This document shows positions 47,316 to 57,131 of a DNA stretch of 64,000 nt, piece by piece. A model generated the notes under the pieces. It was not told where the DNA came from. It did no database searches and was given only the letters and a program-made list of their open reading frames with translations. Every line of letters starts with the position of its first letter. Positions within the stretch are counted from its first letter, which is position 1. The position numbers and the translations under genes were made by a program. The stretch lies in the IMG/VR virus record IMGVR_UViG_3300023184_005208, positions 2,675 to 66,674 of that record; one strand, written 5' to 3'. This stretch comes from a virus.

Positions 47316-49328
47316 ATGAACGACTTAATGGACGACGACGACAAAATGATGAGTAAGAAACAAAAACAATCCGACAGTTCTACACCAGTTTTAGATAACT
47401 TTAGTAGAGACCTAAACAAACTTGCCGAGGCTGGTAAATTAGACCCAGTTATTGGTAGAGACCGAGAAATCATAAGAATCGCTCAGATTCTATCTCGTAG
47501 AAAAAAGAATAACCCTATTATCATAGGTGAACCTGGTTGTGGTAAGACCGCAATCGTAGAAGGTTTAGCAATGAAAATTGTAAGTGGAGAATGTCCAAAA
47601 AATCTTTTGGATAAAAGAATCGTAAACCTTGATTTAACTTCAGTAGTTGCTGGTACAAAATACCGTGGTCAATTTGAAGAAAGAATGAAAGTTATTATTG
47701 AAGAACTTCATGCAAATCCTAATATCATCATATTCATCGATGAAATCCATACCCTTGTTGGTTCAGGTAACTCTTCAGGTTCTATGGATGGTTCAAACAT
47801 TTTCAAACCAGCATTATCTCGTGGTGAACTTCAATGTATTGGAGCAACTACTCTTGATGAGTTCCGTAAGAATATTGAGAAGGACGGAGCATTAGAGCGT
47901 AGATTCCAAAAGGTAATTGTTGACCCGTCTTCGGTACAAGAGACAATCGAAATTCTAAAGAATGTTCGTGATAAGTATGAATCCTATCACAAAGTAACAT
48001 ACTCAGATGAGGTTATTGAGACTTGTGTTAAGTTGGCGGACAGATATATCACCGACCGTGAGTTCCCTGATAAAGCGTTTGATATTATGGATGAAGTTGG
48101 AGCTCGTATGCAAACAGAAGTTAAAATCCCTGAGGCTATTGAAGTATTGAAGAAAGCTGCGGCTGAAATCAAACAACAAAAGTTGGATGTGGTTAAAAAA
48201 CAAAACTACGAGCAAGCGGCTGAATTACGTGACAAGGAAAAGAAAGTGTTAACCAAACTTGAAAATGAAAAATCCAAGTTTGAAGAACAACAATCAAAAG
48301 ACAAGAAAATAATTTCTCTTGAAAACGTCTATGATGTTGTTTCTAACATGACTAAAATTCCTGTAAACAAAATGAGCCTTGATGATGCAAAGGCATTAAT
48401 CAACTTGGACAAAGAGTTAATTGGTAAGGTTATCGGTCAAGACGCCGCAGTTATCAAGATTGCAAAATCAATCAAGAGAAACCGTTTAGGTATCAAAGAC
48501 CCAAATCGTCCAATTGGTTCATTCGTGTTCTTAGGTTCAACAGGTGTCGGTAAGACTCACTTGGCCAAACAATTGGCTAAGGAGATGTTCGGTTCCGAAG
48601 ATTCACTTATCCGTGTGGATATGTCTGAATACCAAGAGAAACACAGCATTTCCAAATTGGTAGGAGCCCCTCCAGGTTATGTAGGATATGAAGAAGGTGG
48701 ACAATTAACCGAGAAAGTTAAGAACAAACCATACTCAGTTATCTTATTTGATGAGGTGGAAAAAGCGCACAAAGATGTGTTCACAATCTTACTTCAAATC
48801 TTAGATGATGGTTACGCAACCGATAGTTTAGGTAGAAAGATTAACTTCAAGAATACCTTAATTATCTTAACCTCAAACTTGGGTGTTAAGAAATTACAAG
48901 ACTTTGGTACAGGTATTGGATTCTCAAACAACACCTACGCTAACGAAGAAGCTAAGAAACAAGTATTGATGAAGGAGATGAAAAATTTCTTCTCTCCTGA
49001 GTTCCTAAATCGTATTGATGACACTATTGTCTTCAACTCGTTAACTCCTGAAGACATCAAAAAAATCACCGAAATCGAATTGAAGAAATTGGTGAATCGT
49101 TTAAATGATATTAAATACAAAATCACTTATGACGATACTTTAGTTGATTATTTAGCTAAAGTAGGATTTGATGAGATGTACGGAGCAAGACCGCTGAAGA
49201 GAGCAATCCAAGACAAAGTTGAGGACTTGTTATCTGAAGAAGTCTTAACAGGTAAAATGATTGAAGGTAAATCTTACTTCATTAAAGTAGACAATGAAGA
49301 GATTAAGGTTACCAAGAAAGGAAAGTAA
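47316..49328 (+). CDS. clpC: ClpC-like double-AAA+ ATPase lacking the N-terminal domain
   Basis: GEPGCGKT, FIDEIH, UVR-like QNYEQAAELRD, GSTGVGKT, LFDEVEKAH, IGF loop, GARPLKR. Confidence 0.9.
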   Translation: MNDLMDDDDKMMSKKQKQSDSSTPVLDNFSRDLNKLAEAGKLDPVIGRDREIIRIAQILSRRKKNNPIIIGEPGCGKTAIVEGLAMKIVSGECPKNLLDKRIVNLDLTSVVAGTKYRGQFEERMKVIIEELHANPNIIIFIDEIHTLVGSGNSSGSMDGSNIFKPALSRGELQCIGATTLDEFRKNIEKDGALERRFQKVIVDPSSVQETIEILKNVRDKYESYHKVTYSDEVIETCVKLADRYITDREFPDKAFDIMDEVGARMQTEVKIPEAIEVLKKAAAEIKQQKLDVVKKQNYEQAAELRDKEKKVLTKLENEKSKFEEQQSKDKKIISLENVYDVVSNMTKIPVNKMSLDDAKALINLDKELIGKVIGQDAAVIKIAKSIKRNRLGIKDPNRPIGSFVFLGSTGVGKTHLAKQLAKEMFGSEDSLIRVDMSEYQEKHSISKLVGAPPGYVGYEEGGQLTEKVKNKPYSVILFDEVEKAHKDVFTILLQILDDGYATDSLGRKINFKNTLIILTSNLGVKKLQDFGTGIGFSNNTYANEEAKKQVLMKEMKNFFSPEFLNRIDDTIVFNSLTPEDIKKITEIELKKLVNRLNDIKYKITYDDTLVDYLAKVGFDEMYGARPLKRAIQDKVEDLLSEEVLTGKMIEGKSYFIKVDNEEIKVTKKGK

Positions 49329-49331
49329 AAC

Positions 49332-49359
49332 AAAACCCTCACAGAAATGTGGGGGTTTG
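49332..49359 (+). terminator. intrinsic terminator
   Basis: AAACCCTCACA-GAAA-TGTGGGGGTTT. Confidence 0.75.
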
Positions 49360-49374
49360 TTGTATTTATACTTA

Positions 49375-50016
49375 ATGAAGGATTTAATAAAAAAATATTT
49401 ACTGGAACAGGAACAACAATCAAATCTAGATAGAGTCACTGATTCTTTTGGTAGGATTATTCCTGAAAAAGTCTTAGGGAAAGTAAAAGAATTTGTTAAA
49501 TCTTACATTCAAGAAAAAGGTTATACTGTAAAGTTTTTAAATTCTTGTTCAACAGGATTTAATGGTGTTAGAACTCAAAAACAAATAATAATTTGTGCCC
49601 CAACTTTAATGGGTACATTTGGTGACTTTATTTACACAATATTTCACGAATTAAGGCACGAAGAACAAATGACTTCTCTTAAAATGAAAAATCCTTTTGT
49701 TGACATGGATTTAAATGATTTTGAAAAATTAAATGAACATTATTGGAGAATGGAAATGGATGCGGACCAATTTGCAAAAAATATGGTTGCAAAATTAGTT
49801 TTAAAACTGAATATACCTTTAGAAGAATCAAAAGAATATTTTAAATTATCCCATCATATTGAAAATTATCAATACGCAAGTAATATGGTAAAAAAATATA
49901 TTCAACATTTAGTAATGGACATCATTCGCATGAAAAAGGATGGTGTTGAATTCAATGACATCCAAGACCATCCTATTGTTAAAAGACATTTAGATAAGTT
50001 AGAAAATTTTATTTAA
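49375..50016 (+). CDS. HExxH metallopeptidase-like protein
   Basis: IFHELRHEEQ ... EMDAD.FA; N-terminal LIKKYLLEQ. Confidence 0.65.
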   Translation: MKDLIKKYLLEQEQQSNLDRVTDSFGRIIPEKVLGKVKEFVKSYIQEKGYTVKFLNSCSTGFNGVRTQKQIIICAPTLMGTFGDFIYTIFHELRHEEQMTSLKMKNPFVDMDLNDFEKLNEHYWRMEMDADQFAKNMVAKLVLKLNIPLEESKEYFKLSHHIENYQYASNMVKKYIQHLVMDIIRMKKDGVEFNDIQDHPIVKRHLDKLENFI

Positions 50017-50855
50017 AAAATACTTCTACTTCTCCAATCATATTGTACCGCTTTTTTATAATGTAATTTATATCCAAGATTCTCAATCATTTTTCTACCC
50101 ATATTAATTCCGTTAAATACGTCATCAATAACAACATATTCATTTGCAGTATGGTAGTTATAATATCCAATTGAAAAATTAACACACTGAAAATCAAATT
50201 TTCCTCTTAACGCATATACGTCAGTATAAGGGTGAACCATATATTGCATATCCTCATTAACCATTCCTTCAGTTAATACTTGGTCAACTTTTTCAAAAAA
50301 TTCAGAATCTCTGTCAAATAAAACTTGACCAAAACATTTTTCAGTAATCATCCAATTTTCAGGTGCATCGAATTGAATACCGTACCCAACGTTTGTAAAA
50401 AATTCCTCCTTAGCTTTCATTGAGCCGTGACATCCTGTTTCTTCAGAAACAAAAAAAGCGGCTTTTAAATAAGGTAATTCTTTTAATAAAGTAAGACAGG
50501 CAAATACACCGGCTTTATCATCACCACCAATTCCTGTTGGTAATCCAAAGTCATTATATGCTTTGTAAGATAATTTAACCTCTCCTTGAGTATTTGGTAA
50601 CATTTCTTCACGAATGTTAATCGTGTCGATATTGTGTACTGTGTCAGTGTGAGCAATCACACATGGAAAATAAAAGTCAGGAGCAATTAATGGAGATTCT
50701 TGTTTAATTGCATAAACATTTTTATGTTCGTCAACAAAGTGTTCAATATTGTTTTCAGTTAACCAATTAACAAGGTATTGAACCATTAGGTCCTCTTGGT
50801 ATGTTTTGGTTGGTACGCTCAAAACTTCTTTAAGTAATTCTAGATTTTGTGTCAT
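50013..50855 (-). CDS. M20/M28-family peptidase
   Basis: AHTDTVH, IGGDDKAG, EETGC.GS, FD, YHT..E. Confidence 0.85.
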   Translation of the reverse strand: MTQNLELLKEVLSVPTKTYQEDLMVQYLVNWLTENNIEHFVDEHKNVYAIKQESPLIAPDFYFPCVIAHTDTVHNIDTINIREEMLPNTQGEVKLSYKAYNDFGLPTGIGGDDKAGVFACLTLLKELPYLKAAFFVSEETGCHGSMKAKEEFFTNVGYGIQFDAPENWMITEKCFGQVLFDRDSEFFEKVDQVLTEGMVNEDMQYMVHPYTDVYALRGKFDFQCVNFSIGYYNYHTANEYVVIDDVFNGINMGRKMIENLGYKLHYKKAVQYDWRSRSIF

Positions 50856-50859
50856 ACCA

Positions 50860-50891
50860 CAAAGATAGTGATATTATTCCGAATCACCAAA
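50860..50891 (-). promoter_or_regulatory. Bacteroidota sigmaA-type promoter
   Basis: Minus strand TTTG-N20-TATCTTTG upstream of ATG 50855. Confidence 0.7.
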
Positions 50892-52688
50892 TATATCAAA
50901 AAGTTCTGGTTGATACAAAAGATTTTGGAAACCTTCCTCACTTACTTTGATTCTTTTAGTCCCTTTAAACCTTGTATTAAGCTCAATAACAATTTTCATA
51001 TCATCTCTATCAAAATTAATAATTTTGAAGTTAATTTCTTTATCTTTTGGTAAAGTGTGCCAAGTATTAATTTTGTATTTAGACTCTATTCTTTTTCTAA
51101 AATCAAGAAAATCTTGAACATTATTGTCCGATTCCAATTTTTCTATAATGTTATCTAATTCACGACCTGCATTCCTATTAAAAGATATACTATCAAAATT
51201 TTTATCATCTTGGAATTCATAAGTGTTTTCATACCATCCACCCAATCTTCCTGTCCCATTAAATTCTACAATTCTATTGAACAGAGATATTGCATCTATT
51301 TTTTGGATATTCAACCTCACAGCCCACATTAATAGATTTGCTGCTGTGGTATTTAGTTCATCATACGGTCTTTTAATAGAAAACCCAATTGATTCAAAAT
51401 AATTTTGCATCTCTTTAGAAATACTTTCTTTAGCTGTGGTCATCATTTCATTTTCTTTCTCACTATGATATTCACCTAAAATATAATCCATTTGTTTTTC
51501 AAATAAATCCAATAATTTTTTAGACAATTCTATCCTATAATCCTCATCTTCTATATTATATTCTTTGTCAGGTATAATAATCGACGCAATTTGTTTAAGT
51601 TTTTCATTATTTTCTCTGTCAAATTCTGGATAGACACTATATCCGTCTTTGAAATCACTCTCAACTTGATACGAGTCCATAAAATCATAATCCGAGTAAT
51701 AGCTGTTTATCACGTTTAAAAACCAAACATCATCATCACTTAAATCCATCGCATTATAAACTTTTTCATCCTCTTTAAAGTCTATTGTTATAACACTTTG
51801 ACCTAATGGGTCTCCAACTCTAACATCCAAAATTGCATCATCAGAATCTTCTAAATCTCTTGATGAAACTTTCCCTCTAACAAAATCTCTTAATGTTTTC
51901 AAAAACTTACCAGCTCCCACCAATTCATCAATTAAATCATCCTGATTAGGAAATGATTCCCTTAAAGTCTCAATACTAAGTTCTTTATCAGCGGCATCAT
52001 AAACTACTTTTGTTCCGTCATTTTTATCAACATGTAATGCAAGTTTCAAACCAGTTTTTTTATTCAAGAAATAATATAAACTTCCTTTTGCAATATATTG
52101 TCTGAAATAATGAGATGATTCTTTTGTTGTGGTACACCATTTTGTATTGGCACCATAATAACAAGAAGCTGCATATGTGTTTGGTTTAACCACCAAAACA
52201 TCATCATCCTCATATAACTTTTCAGATTGATTCTTTAATTCTTTTTCAATCTCACTTTTGGTTTTTCTATTATCGACCACATCCATCAGTTCTTCCAAGA
52301 AAGCAGGATTAGTATATTGATTAATATCCTTAGGATTATCGGCAAGATTATTAATGTTATCAAAAACACCATGTCTTGCTCGATATTTGGTTTCCGTATT
52401 CCAAATATCATCAGAAGTAATCTTATTAATGTTATTATGAAACCAAGGAATTATCTGATAAAAGACATCGTAAATGGCGGTAGATTGGTCGTAATTTAAT
52501 CCACCATTAGGTCCACTTAATTCAGGAATAATCTTTTCTACTTGACGGGCAATATAATCTACATACTTGTACCCCGTAGGGTCAACATTTAACATTCGGT
52601 CAATAAAAGGACCATCATGCTCAAATTTACTTTTGAGCCTTTTGGCAATATCCTCTTTCTTACCTTCTATTAGTATTATCTTCGACAT
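50874..52688 (-). CDS. hypothetical protein (paralog of 57498..58988)
   Basis: ILIEGKKED start; KLYEDDD.LVVKP.TYAASCYYGANTKWCTT. Confidence 0.75.
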   Translation of the reverse strand: MSKIILIEGKKEDIAKRLKSKFEHDGPFIDRMLNVDPTGYKYVDYIARQVEKIIPELSGPNGGLNYDQSTAIYDVFYQIIPWFHNNINKITSDDIWNTETKYRARHGVFDNINNLADNPKDINQYTNPAFLEELMDVVDNRKTKSEIEKELKNQSEKLYEDDDVLVVKPNTYAASCYYGANTKWCTTTKESSHYFRQYIAKGSLYYFLNKKTGLKLALHVDKNDGTKVVYDAADKELSIETLRESFPNQDDLIDELVGAGKFLKTLRDFVRGKVSSRDLEDSDDAILDVRVGDPLGQSVITIDFKEDEKVYNAMDLSDDDVWFLNVINSYYSDYDFMDSYQVESDFKDGYSVYPEFDRENNEKLKQIASIIIPDKEYNIEDEDYRIELSKKLLDLFEKQMDYILGEYHSEKENEMMTTAKESISKEMQNYFESIGFSIKRPYDELNTTAANLLMWAVRLNIQKIDAISLFNRIVEFNGTGRLGGWYENTYEFQDDKNFDSISFNRNAGRELDNIIEKLESDNNVQDFLDFRKRIESKYKINTWHTLPKDKEINFKIINFDRDDMKIVIELNTRFKGTKRIKVSEEGFQNLLYQPELFDIFGDSE

Positions 52689-52726
52689 CTCTTTATAAAT
52701 ACCAATAAATCTTTTATAATTTACTT

Positions 52727-53488
52727 ATGAAAACAATAGAAGAATCAATTCAAATGGTCAAAAATTTTGACTTTAAGAATGCCACTCAAAAGGAAATTGA
52801 GGACGCTATTCCAACTTTCGGTATGAACAATGAGTTTCCGTTGGAGATGCCTAAAGAGTTTCAAGAGTATATGGGTTGGGGTATCAAAACATGGCAATAC
52901 CCAAGTCAAATTAGTAAACTCCTATATTTTTTAAAAGATAAAAACATCAACTCTTACTTAGAAATTGGATGTAGGTGGGGAGGAACTTTTATTCTTATAA
53001 ATGAACTTCTTAGAAAATACAACCCTTCATTAGAGGCTCATTGTGTAGACTATATTCCGGCATCAGATATTTTAGACATTTATCAAAACAAATTTGAAGG
53101 TAATAGATTTTACTATCATCAAATTGAGTCATTTTCACCATATCTATTCACGAGAATGTATGGAGATGTTAATGTCCCAAAACCTCAAACAGACTTAGTT
53201 TTTATTGATGGGTGTCATACATATTTCTGTATACAAGAAGATTATCACAGAGCACTATTCTTAGGCGCAAAATATATCATATTTCACGATATTGTTAGTT
53301 CGTCTTCGATTAGTTCTAAACTGTCTTGGGAGAATATCAAAAAGAAACATAAAAAAGTTTATGAATTCACAGACCAATATGAATCAGTAAATGGTACTTT
53401 TATGGGTATTGGTGTTATTGAAATTGATAAAGAGGACGATTGTTTTCCTCACTTCAATGAATATTATCCAAAGTTCTTTGGAGAATAA
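52727..53488 (+). CDS. class I SAM-dependent methyltransferase (Methyltransf_24-like)
   Basis: YLEIGC..GGT, DLVFIDG.HTY, IIFHDI. Confidence 0.85.
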   Translation: MKTIEESIQMVKNFDFKNATQKEIEDAIPTFGMNNEFPLEMPKEFQEYMGWGIKTWQYPSQISKLLYFLKDKNINSYLEIGCRWGGTFILINELLRKYNPSLEAHCVDYIPASDILDIYQNKFEGNRFYYHQIESFSPYLFTRMYGDVNVPKPQTDLVFIDGCHTYFCIQEDYHRALFLGAKYIIFHDIVSSSSISSKLSWENIKKKHKKVYEFTDQYESVNGTFMGIGVIEIDKEDDCFPHFNEYYPKFFGE

Positions 53489-53508
53489 CATATTTATTCT
53501 TATCTTTG
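53477..53508 (+). promoter_or_regulatory. Bacteroidota sigmaA-type promoter of tmRNA
   Basis: TTTG-N20-TATCTTTG. Confidence 0.7.
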
Positions 53509-53527
53509 TTTCAGTTCTTTAAAATAT

Positions 53528-53926
53528 GGGGGTGCCCTGGATTTGATTGCGATAATTAGGGTACGCAGGCACGTAGTCAGAATTCATCTATGACTTAAAT
53601 CTATGGTGAAAGATTTCAAATGGCAAAACTTTTGCTAAAATGGCTACTTTAGGTTTAACTAGAGAAGCTGTTGTTGTTGGTGCTTAATTAGTACAGAACA
53701 GCGTTCGGGTCGGTTAGGACATATAACCTAGGAACAGAAGTCCAATATAGGGGTCACAGGTCAGAGCTCCTTTAAAATAACTCTGAGACCAAGTTGTTTA
53801 CAGGTAAGTTTCTCACATATATCAAACCTGATATTTCGTAACATTGAGAACCGATGTTGTACTAAACGTGTAGTCTGTTTATGTTAATATTGTAAGACAA
53901 GGGTTCGATTCCCTTCACCTCCACCA
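53528..53926 (+). ncRNA. ssrA: tmRNA
   Basis: 5' GGGGGTG pairs with 3' CACCTCC-A-CCA (G3:U alanine identity); T-arm AAGGG-TTCGATT-CCCTT; internal tag ORF 53622-53687 ending GA-stop. Confidence 0.93.
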
Positions 53927-53935
53927 CTTTTTTAT

Positions 53936-54319
53936 ATGGGTACTGATTGTAATATATGTAGTAACAAATGTTTTGGAATACCAGGACATCACGGTAGTTG
54001 TTGTACGATTGAGGATAGAAATTATATCATCGGTCCTCACCCTGATGCTGACGAATTTATGGAAATTTTATCTAAAAAATTAGGTAGAGAAATTGAAAGG
54101 GAAGAAATATTTGTTGAATTTGAAGAAGGTAAAAATCTTTTTCCTGATAAATCTACTTGGCAAAATCCTGGTTCATATCCAGCATTTAGAGTTGATTTTT
54201 TCAACCCAAGAAAACCTTGTATATTCTATAATACAAAGATAAAGGCTTGTGGAATATACGACATTAGACCTCAAACTTGTAGAAATTATGAGTGTGAATA
54301 TTTGACTCAAAACACGTAA
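53936..54319 (+). CDS. YkgJ/CxxCxxCC putative Fe-S/zinc protein
   Basis: C..C...C......GSCC ... CIFY......CGIYDIRP.TCR.YEC. Confidence 0.85.
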   Translation: MGTDCNICSNKCFGIPGHHGSCCTIEDRNYIIGPHPDADEFMEILSKKLGREIEREEIFVEFEEGKNLFPDKSTWQNPGSYPAFRVDFFNPRKPCIFYNTKIKACGIYDIRPQTCRNYECEYLTQNT

Positions 54320-54396
54320 CAATTTGATTTGTTAATGTTTTATTAATATCTTTATAACAAATTGAAAATACTTATAGACAGGTGAAAAAATCTTTT

Positions 54397-54453
54397 ATGA
54401 ACTATTACCAAACAAAAACAACATATCAAAATTTTAATAATCTAGTCCCGTAG
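54397..54453 (+). CDS. putative leader peptide MNYYQTKTTYQNFNNLVP
   Basis: 18-codon ORF whose last codons and stop lie in the 5' arm of a terminator hairpin ahead of the receptor gene. Confidence 0.4.
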   Translation: MNYYQTKTTYQNFNNLVP

Positions 54454-54475
54454 GCCCCTGTCTTCGGGATTTTTT
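54445..54475 (+). terminator. terminator/attenuator hairpin in leader of TonB receptor
   Basis: GTCCCG-T-AGGC/loop/GTCT-T-CGGGAT followed by a T-run. Confidence 0.6.
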
Positions 54476-54501
54476 ATTTATAAACAACTAAACAAAAAAA
54501 C

Positions 54502-57051
54502 ATGAAAAAAACGGTAATTTTAACCTTAGGGTTAATGTTGACAGCGTTTTCATCCTTCGCACAAATTACAGGAAGGGTCGTTGACGCTACAACAAAAGAG
54601 GTATTGGCAGGTGCAACTGTTGGTACTGAAAAATCAAATGTTACAACTGGATTAGATGGAACATTTGAATTAAAAACTGTGAAAGCAGGTGAAAAACTTA
54701 ATGTATCTTTTATCGGATATAAGAACATTGTAATCACCGCAAAAGACGGAATTGTTATTGAATTATCTTCAACATCAATTGGTCTTAAGGAAGTATCAGT
54801 TATCGCTTCTTATGGTATTGACAGAAAAACACCAGCTGCTATCTCATCAGTAAAAGGTAGATACACTGTTGAAAATTTAGGTTCTCAAGAATTACCTGAA
54901 TTGTTAAAAATCACACCTTCGGCTTTTATTACGAAAGGTGGTGGTGGTGTTGGTGATTCTCGTATCAATATTAGAGGATTTGACCAAAAGAACGTTGCAA
55001 TTTTAATTAACGGTATTCCAGTAAACGATATGGAATCAGGTTGGGTTTATTTCTCAAACTGGGCAGGTATCGGTGATGCGTTAAAACAAATGCAAGTTCA
55101 AAGAGGTTTAGGAGCATCAAAATTAGCAATTCAATCAGTTGGTGGTACAATGAATATCATTACAAAAACAACTGATGCTGAAAAAGGAGCTTCATTCCAA
55201 CAATCTTTAACAGATTTTGGTTTAAGTAAATCAGTATTGTCTTATTCAACAGGTAACACTAAGAAAGGAGCATTTTCTTTTGTAGGTAGTACCACACAAG
55301 GTAATGGTTATGTTGAAGGTACTTACACAAAGGCTTATTCTTATTTCTTATCTTATGCTAAAGATTTAGGTTTAAATCATAAATTACAAATCATTGCATT
55401 AGGTGCACCTCAAGAACACGGACAACGTAGTTCTCGTTTAACACCCGCAGAATTTGACAAATATGGTGTAAAATACAATAAAGATTTGTATTTGTTAAAC
55501 GGTGAGTTGAAAAACATCAATATCAACTATTATCACAAACCAATTTTCCAAATTAATGATTATTGGACAATCAATAAAACAACAACATTAACAACATCTT
55601 TTTACGGTTCAATTGGACACGGTGGTGGTAGTGGTGCTATCGGTTCTTACGATGGTACTAAAGTTCTTAGAGACGCTCAAGGTCATTTAACAATGGACCC
55701 ACAAGTTGCTCTAAACGCAGCTTCTACAACTGGTTCTAAGTATGGTATTAGAAACTCAATCAACAATCATAGTTGGTATGGTGTATTATCTACATTAAAC
55801 AAAGATTTATCTAAAACATTAAACCTAACGTTAGGTGTTGATGGTAGAACTTATGTAGGAACTCACTTTAGAGAAATGAGAAATTTAATTGGTGGTTCTT
55901 ATTACAAAGATATATTCAATACTGCTGCAACAGTTGATGCAAATGCTAGTGATTTTATTAATATCAATAAAGTAACTCCAACTAACAATCGTATCGCTTA
56001 CGATAACGACGGTTTAGTTAAGTACGCAGGTACTTTTGGACAATTAGAATACTCTAAAGATAAATTATCAGCGTTCGTACAAGGTGCTATTTCTAACACA
56101 TCTTACCAAAGAGCTGATAGATACTACGCAAATGCAGTAGAACATTTATCTGAAAAAGTTAATATCACAGGATACAATTACAAAGGTGGTTTCAACTATA
56201 ACTTAACTGACAATCACAACGTATTTGTTAATGCTGGTCAATATAGTAGAGCACCTTATTTCAGTTTCATCTTCAACGGAGCTTCTCCTTCATCCGCAAC
56301 CGCAATCAATAGTGGTAACGCGGTGAATGATAACATCAAAAATGAACAAGCAACCGCAGTTGAGGTTGGTTATGGTTTCAGAAGTAAGTCGTTTAGAATT
56401 AAAGCTAACGCATATTACACTGATTTCAAAAATCGTTCTTTAACTTCTCCACTATTAACAAATGCTGATGGTACTCAATACAGAGCATTAATTGTTGGAC
56501 AAGGTGCAACACACAAAGGTGTTGAAATGGAAGCAGAATTAAAAGTATCTAAGAAATTAGATGTTAACGCATTTGCATCATTTGGTGATTGGAAATGGAA
56601 AGGAAACGCTTCTGCAACAATCCATGACGATATCAAAAATACAGATGTTAAAACATCAATCTTTTCTGACGGTTTATTCGTAGGTGACCAACCTCAAACA
56701 CAAGTAGGTGGTTACGCTAGATACCAATTAACTAAAAGAATAGATTTATCTGCAATTTATACTTTCAATGACAAGTATTACGCATACTATGACCCCACTT
56801 CAAGAACAAACGCAGCTGTAACAGCTCAACCTTATAAGTTGGATTCTTATGGTATCACTGATGCAAGAATTGGATATAAATGTAAAGTAGGTAAATTCCC
56901 AGTACACGTTCAATATCAAGTATACAACGTATTTGATACTAACTATTGGGCTGAAGCTAACGACGCTGGTGGTACATCAGTTGGTGTGTTAGGAACAGGA
57001 TACAAAGGTTGGGGTAGAAACTCTAACGTAAGTGTCAAAATTAACTTCTAA
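54502..57051 (+). CDS. TonB-dependent outer-membrane receptor (Bacteroidota type)
   Basis: Signal peptide ending FA/Q, CarboxypepD_reg-like domain (ITGRVVD...LAGATV...SFIGY), plug (INIRGF...LINGIP...GGTMNIITK), beta-barrel ending in Phe. Confidence 0.93.
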   Translation: MKKTVILTLGLMLTAFSSFAQITGRVVDATTKEVLAGATVGTEKSNVTTGLDGTFELKTVKAGEKLNVSFIGYKNIVITAKDGIVIELSSTSIGLKEVSVIASYGIDRKTPAAISSVKGRYTVENLGSQELPELLKITPSAFITKGGGGVGDSRINIRGFDQKNVAILINGIPVNDMESGWVYFSNWAGIGDALKQMQVQRGLGASKLAIQSVGGTMNIITKTTDAEKGASFQQSLTDFGLSKSVLSYSTGNTKKGAFSFVGSTTQGNGYVEGTYTKAYSYFLSYAKDLGLNHKLQIIALGAPQEHGQRSSRLTPAEFDKYGVKYNKDLYLLNGELKNININYYHKPIFQINDYWTINKTTTLTTSFYGSIGHGGGSGAIGSYDGTKVLRDAQGHLTMDPQVALNAASTTGSKYGIRNSINNHSWYGVLSTLNKDLSKTLNLTLGVDGRTYVGTHFREMRNLIGGSYYKDIFNTAATVDANASDFININKVTPTNNRIAYDNDGLVKYAGTFGQLEYSKDKLSAFVQGAISNTSYQRADRYYANAVEHLSEKVNITGYNYKGGFNYNLTDNHNVFVNAGQYSRAPYFSFIFNGASPSSATAINSGNAVNDNIKNEQATAVEVGYGFRSKSFRIKANAYYTDFKNRSLTSPLLTNADGTQYRALIVGQGATHKGVEMEAELKVSKKLDVNAFASFGDWKWKGNASATIHDDIKNTDVKTSIFSDGLFVGDQPQTQVGGYARYQLTKRIDLSAIYTFNDKYYAYYDPTSRTNAAVTAQPYKLDSYGITDARIGYKCKVGKFPVHVQYQVYNVFDTNYWAEANDAGGTSVGVLGTGYKGWGRNSNVSVKINF

Positions 57052-57072
57052 TTTAAAATAGAAATTATAATT

Positions 57073-57102
57073 AAAACCCTCATCTTCAGATGGGGGTTTT
57101 TT
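57073..57102 (+). terminator. intrinsic terminator
   Basis: AAAACCCTCATCT-TC-AGATGGGGGTTTT-T-run. Confidence 0.85.
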
Positions 57103-57131
57103 TATCTCAAATTTTTACTATATTTGAGACA

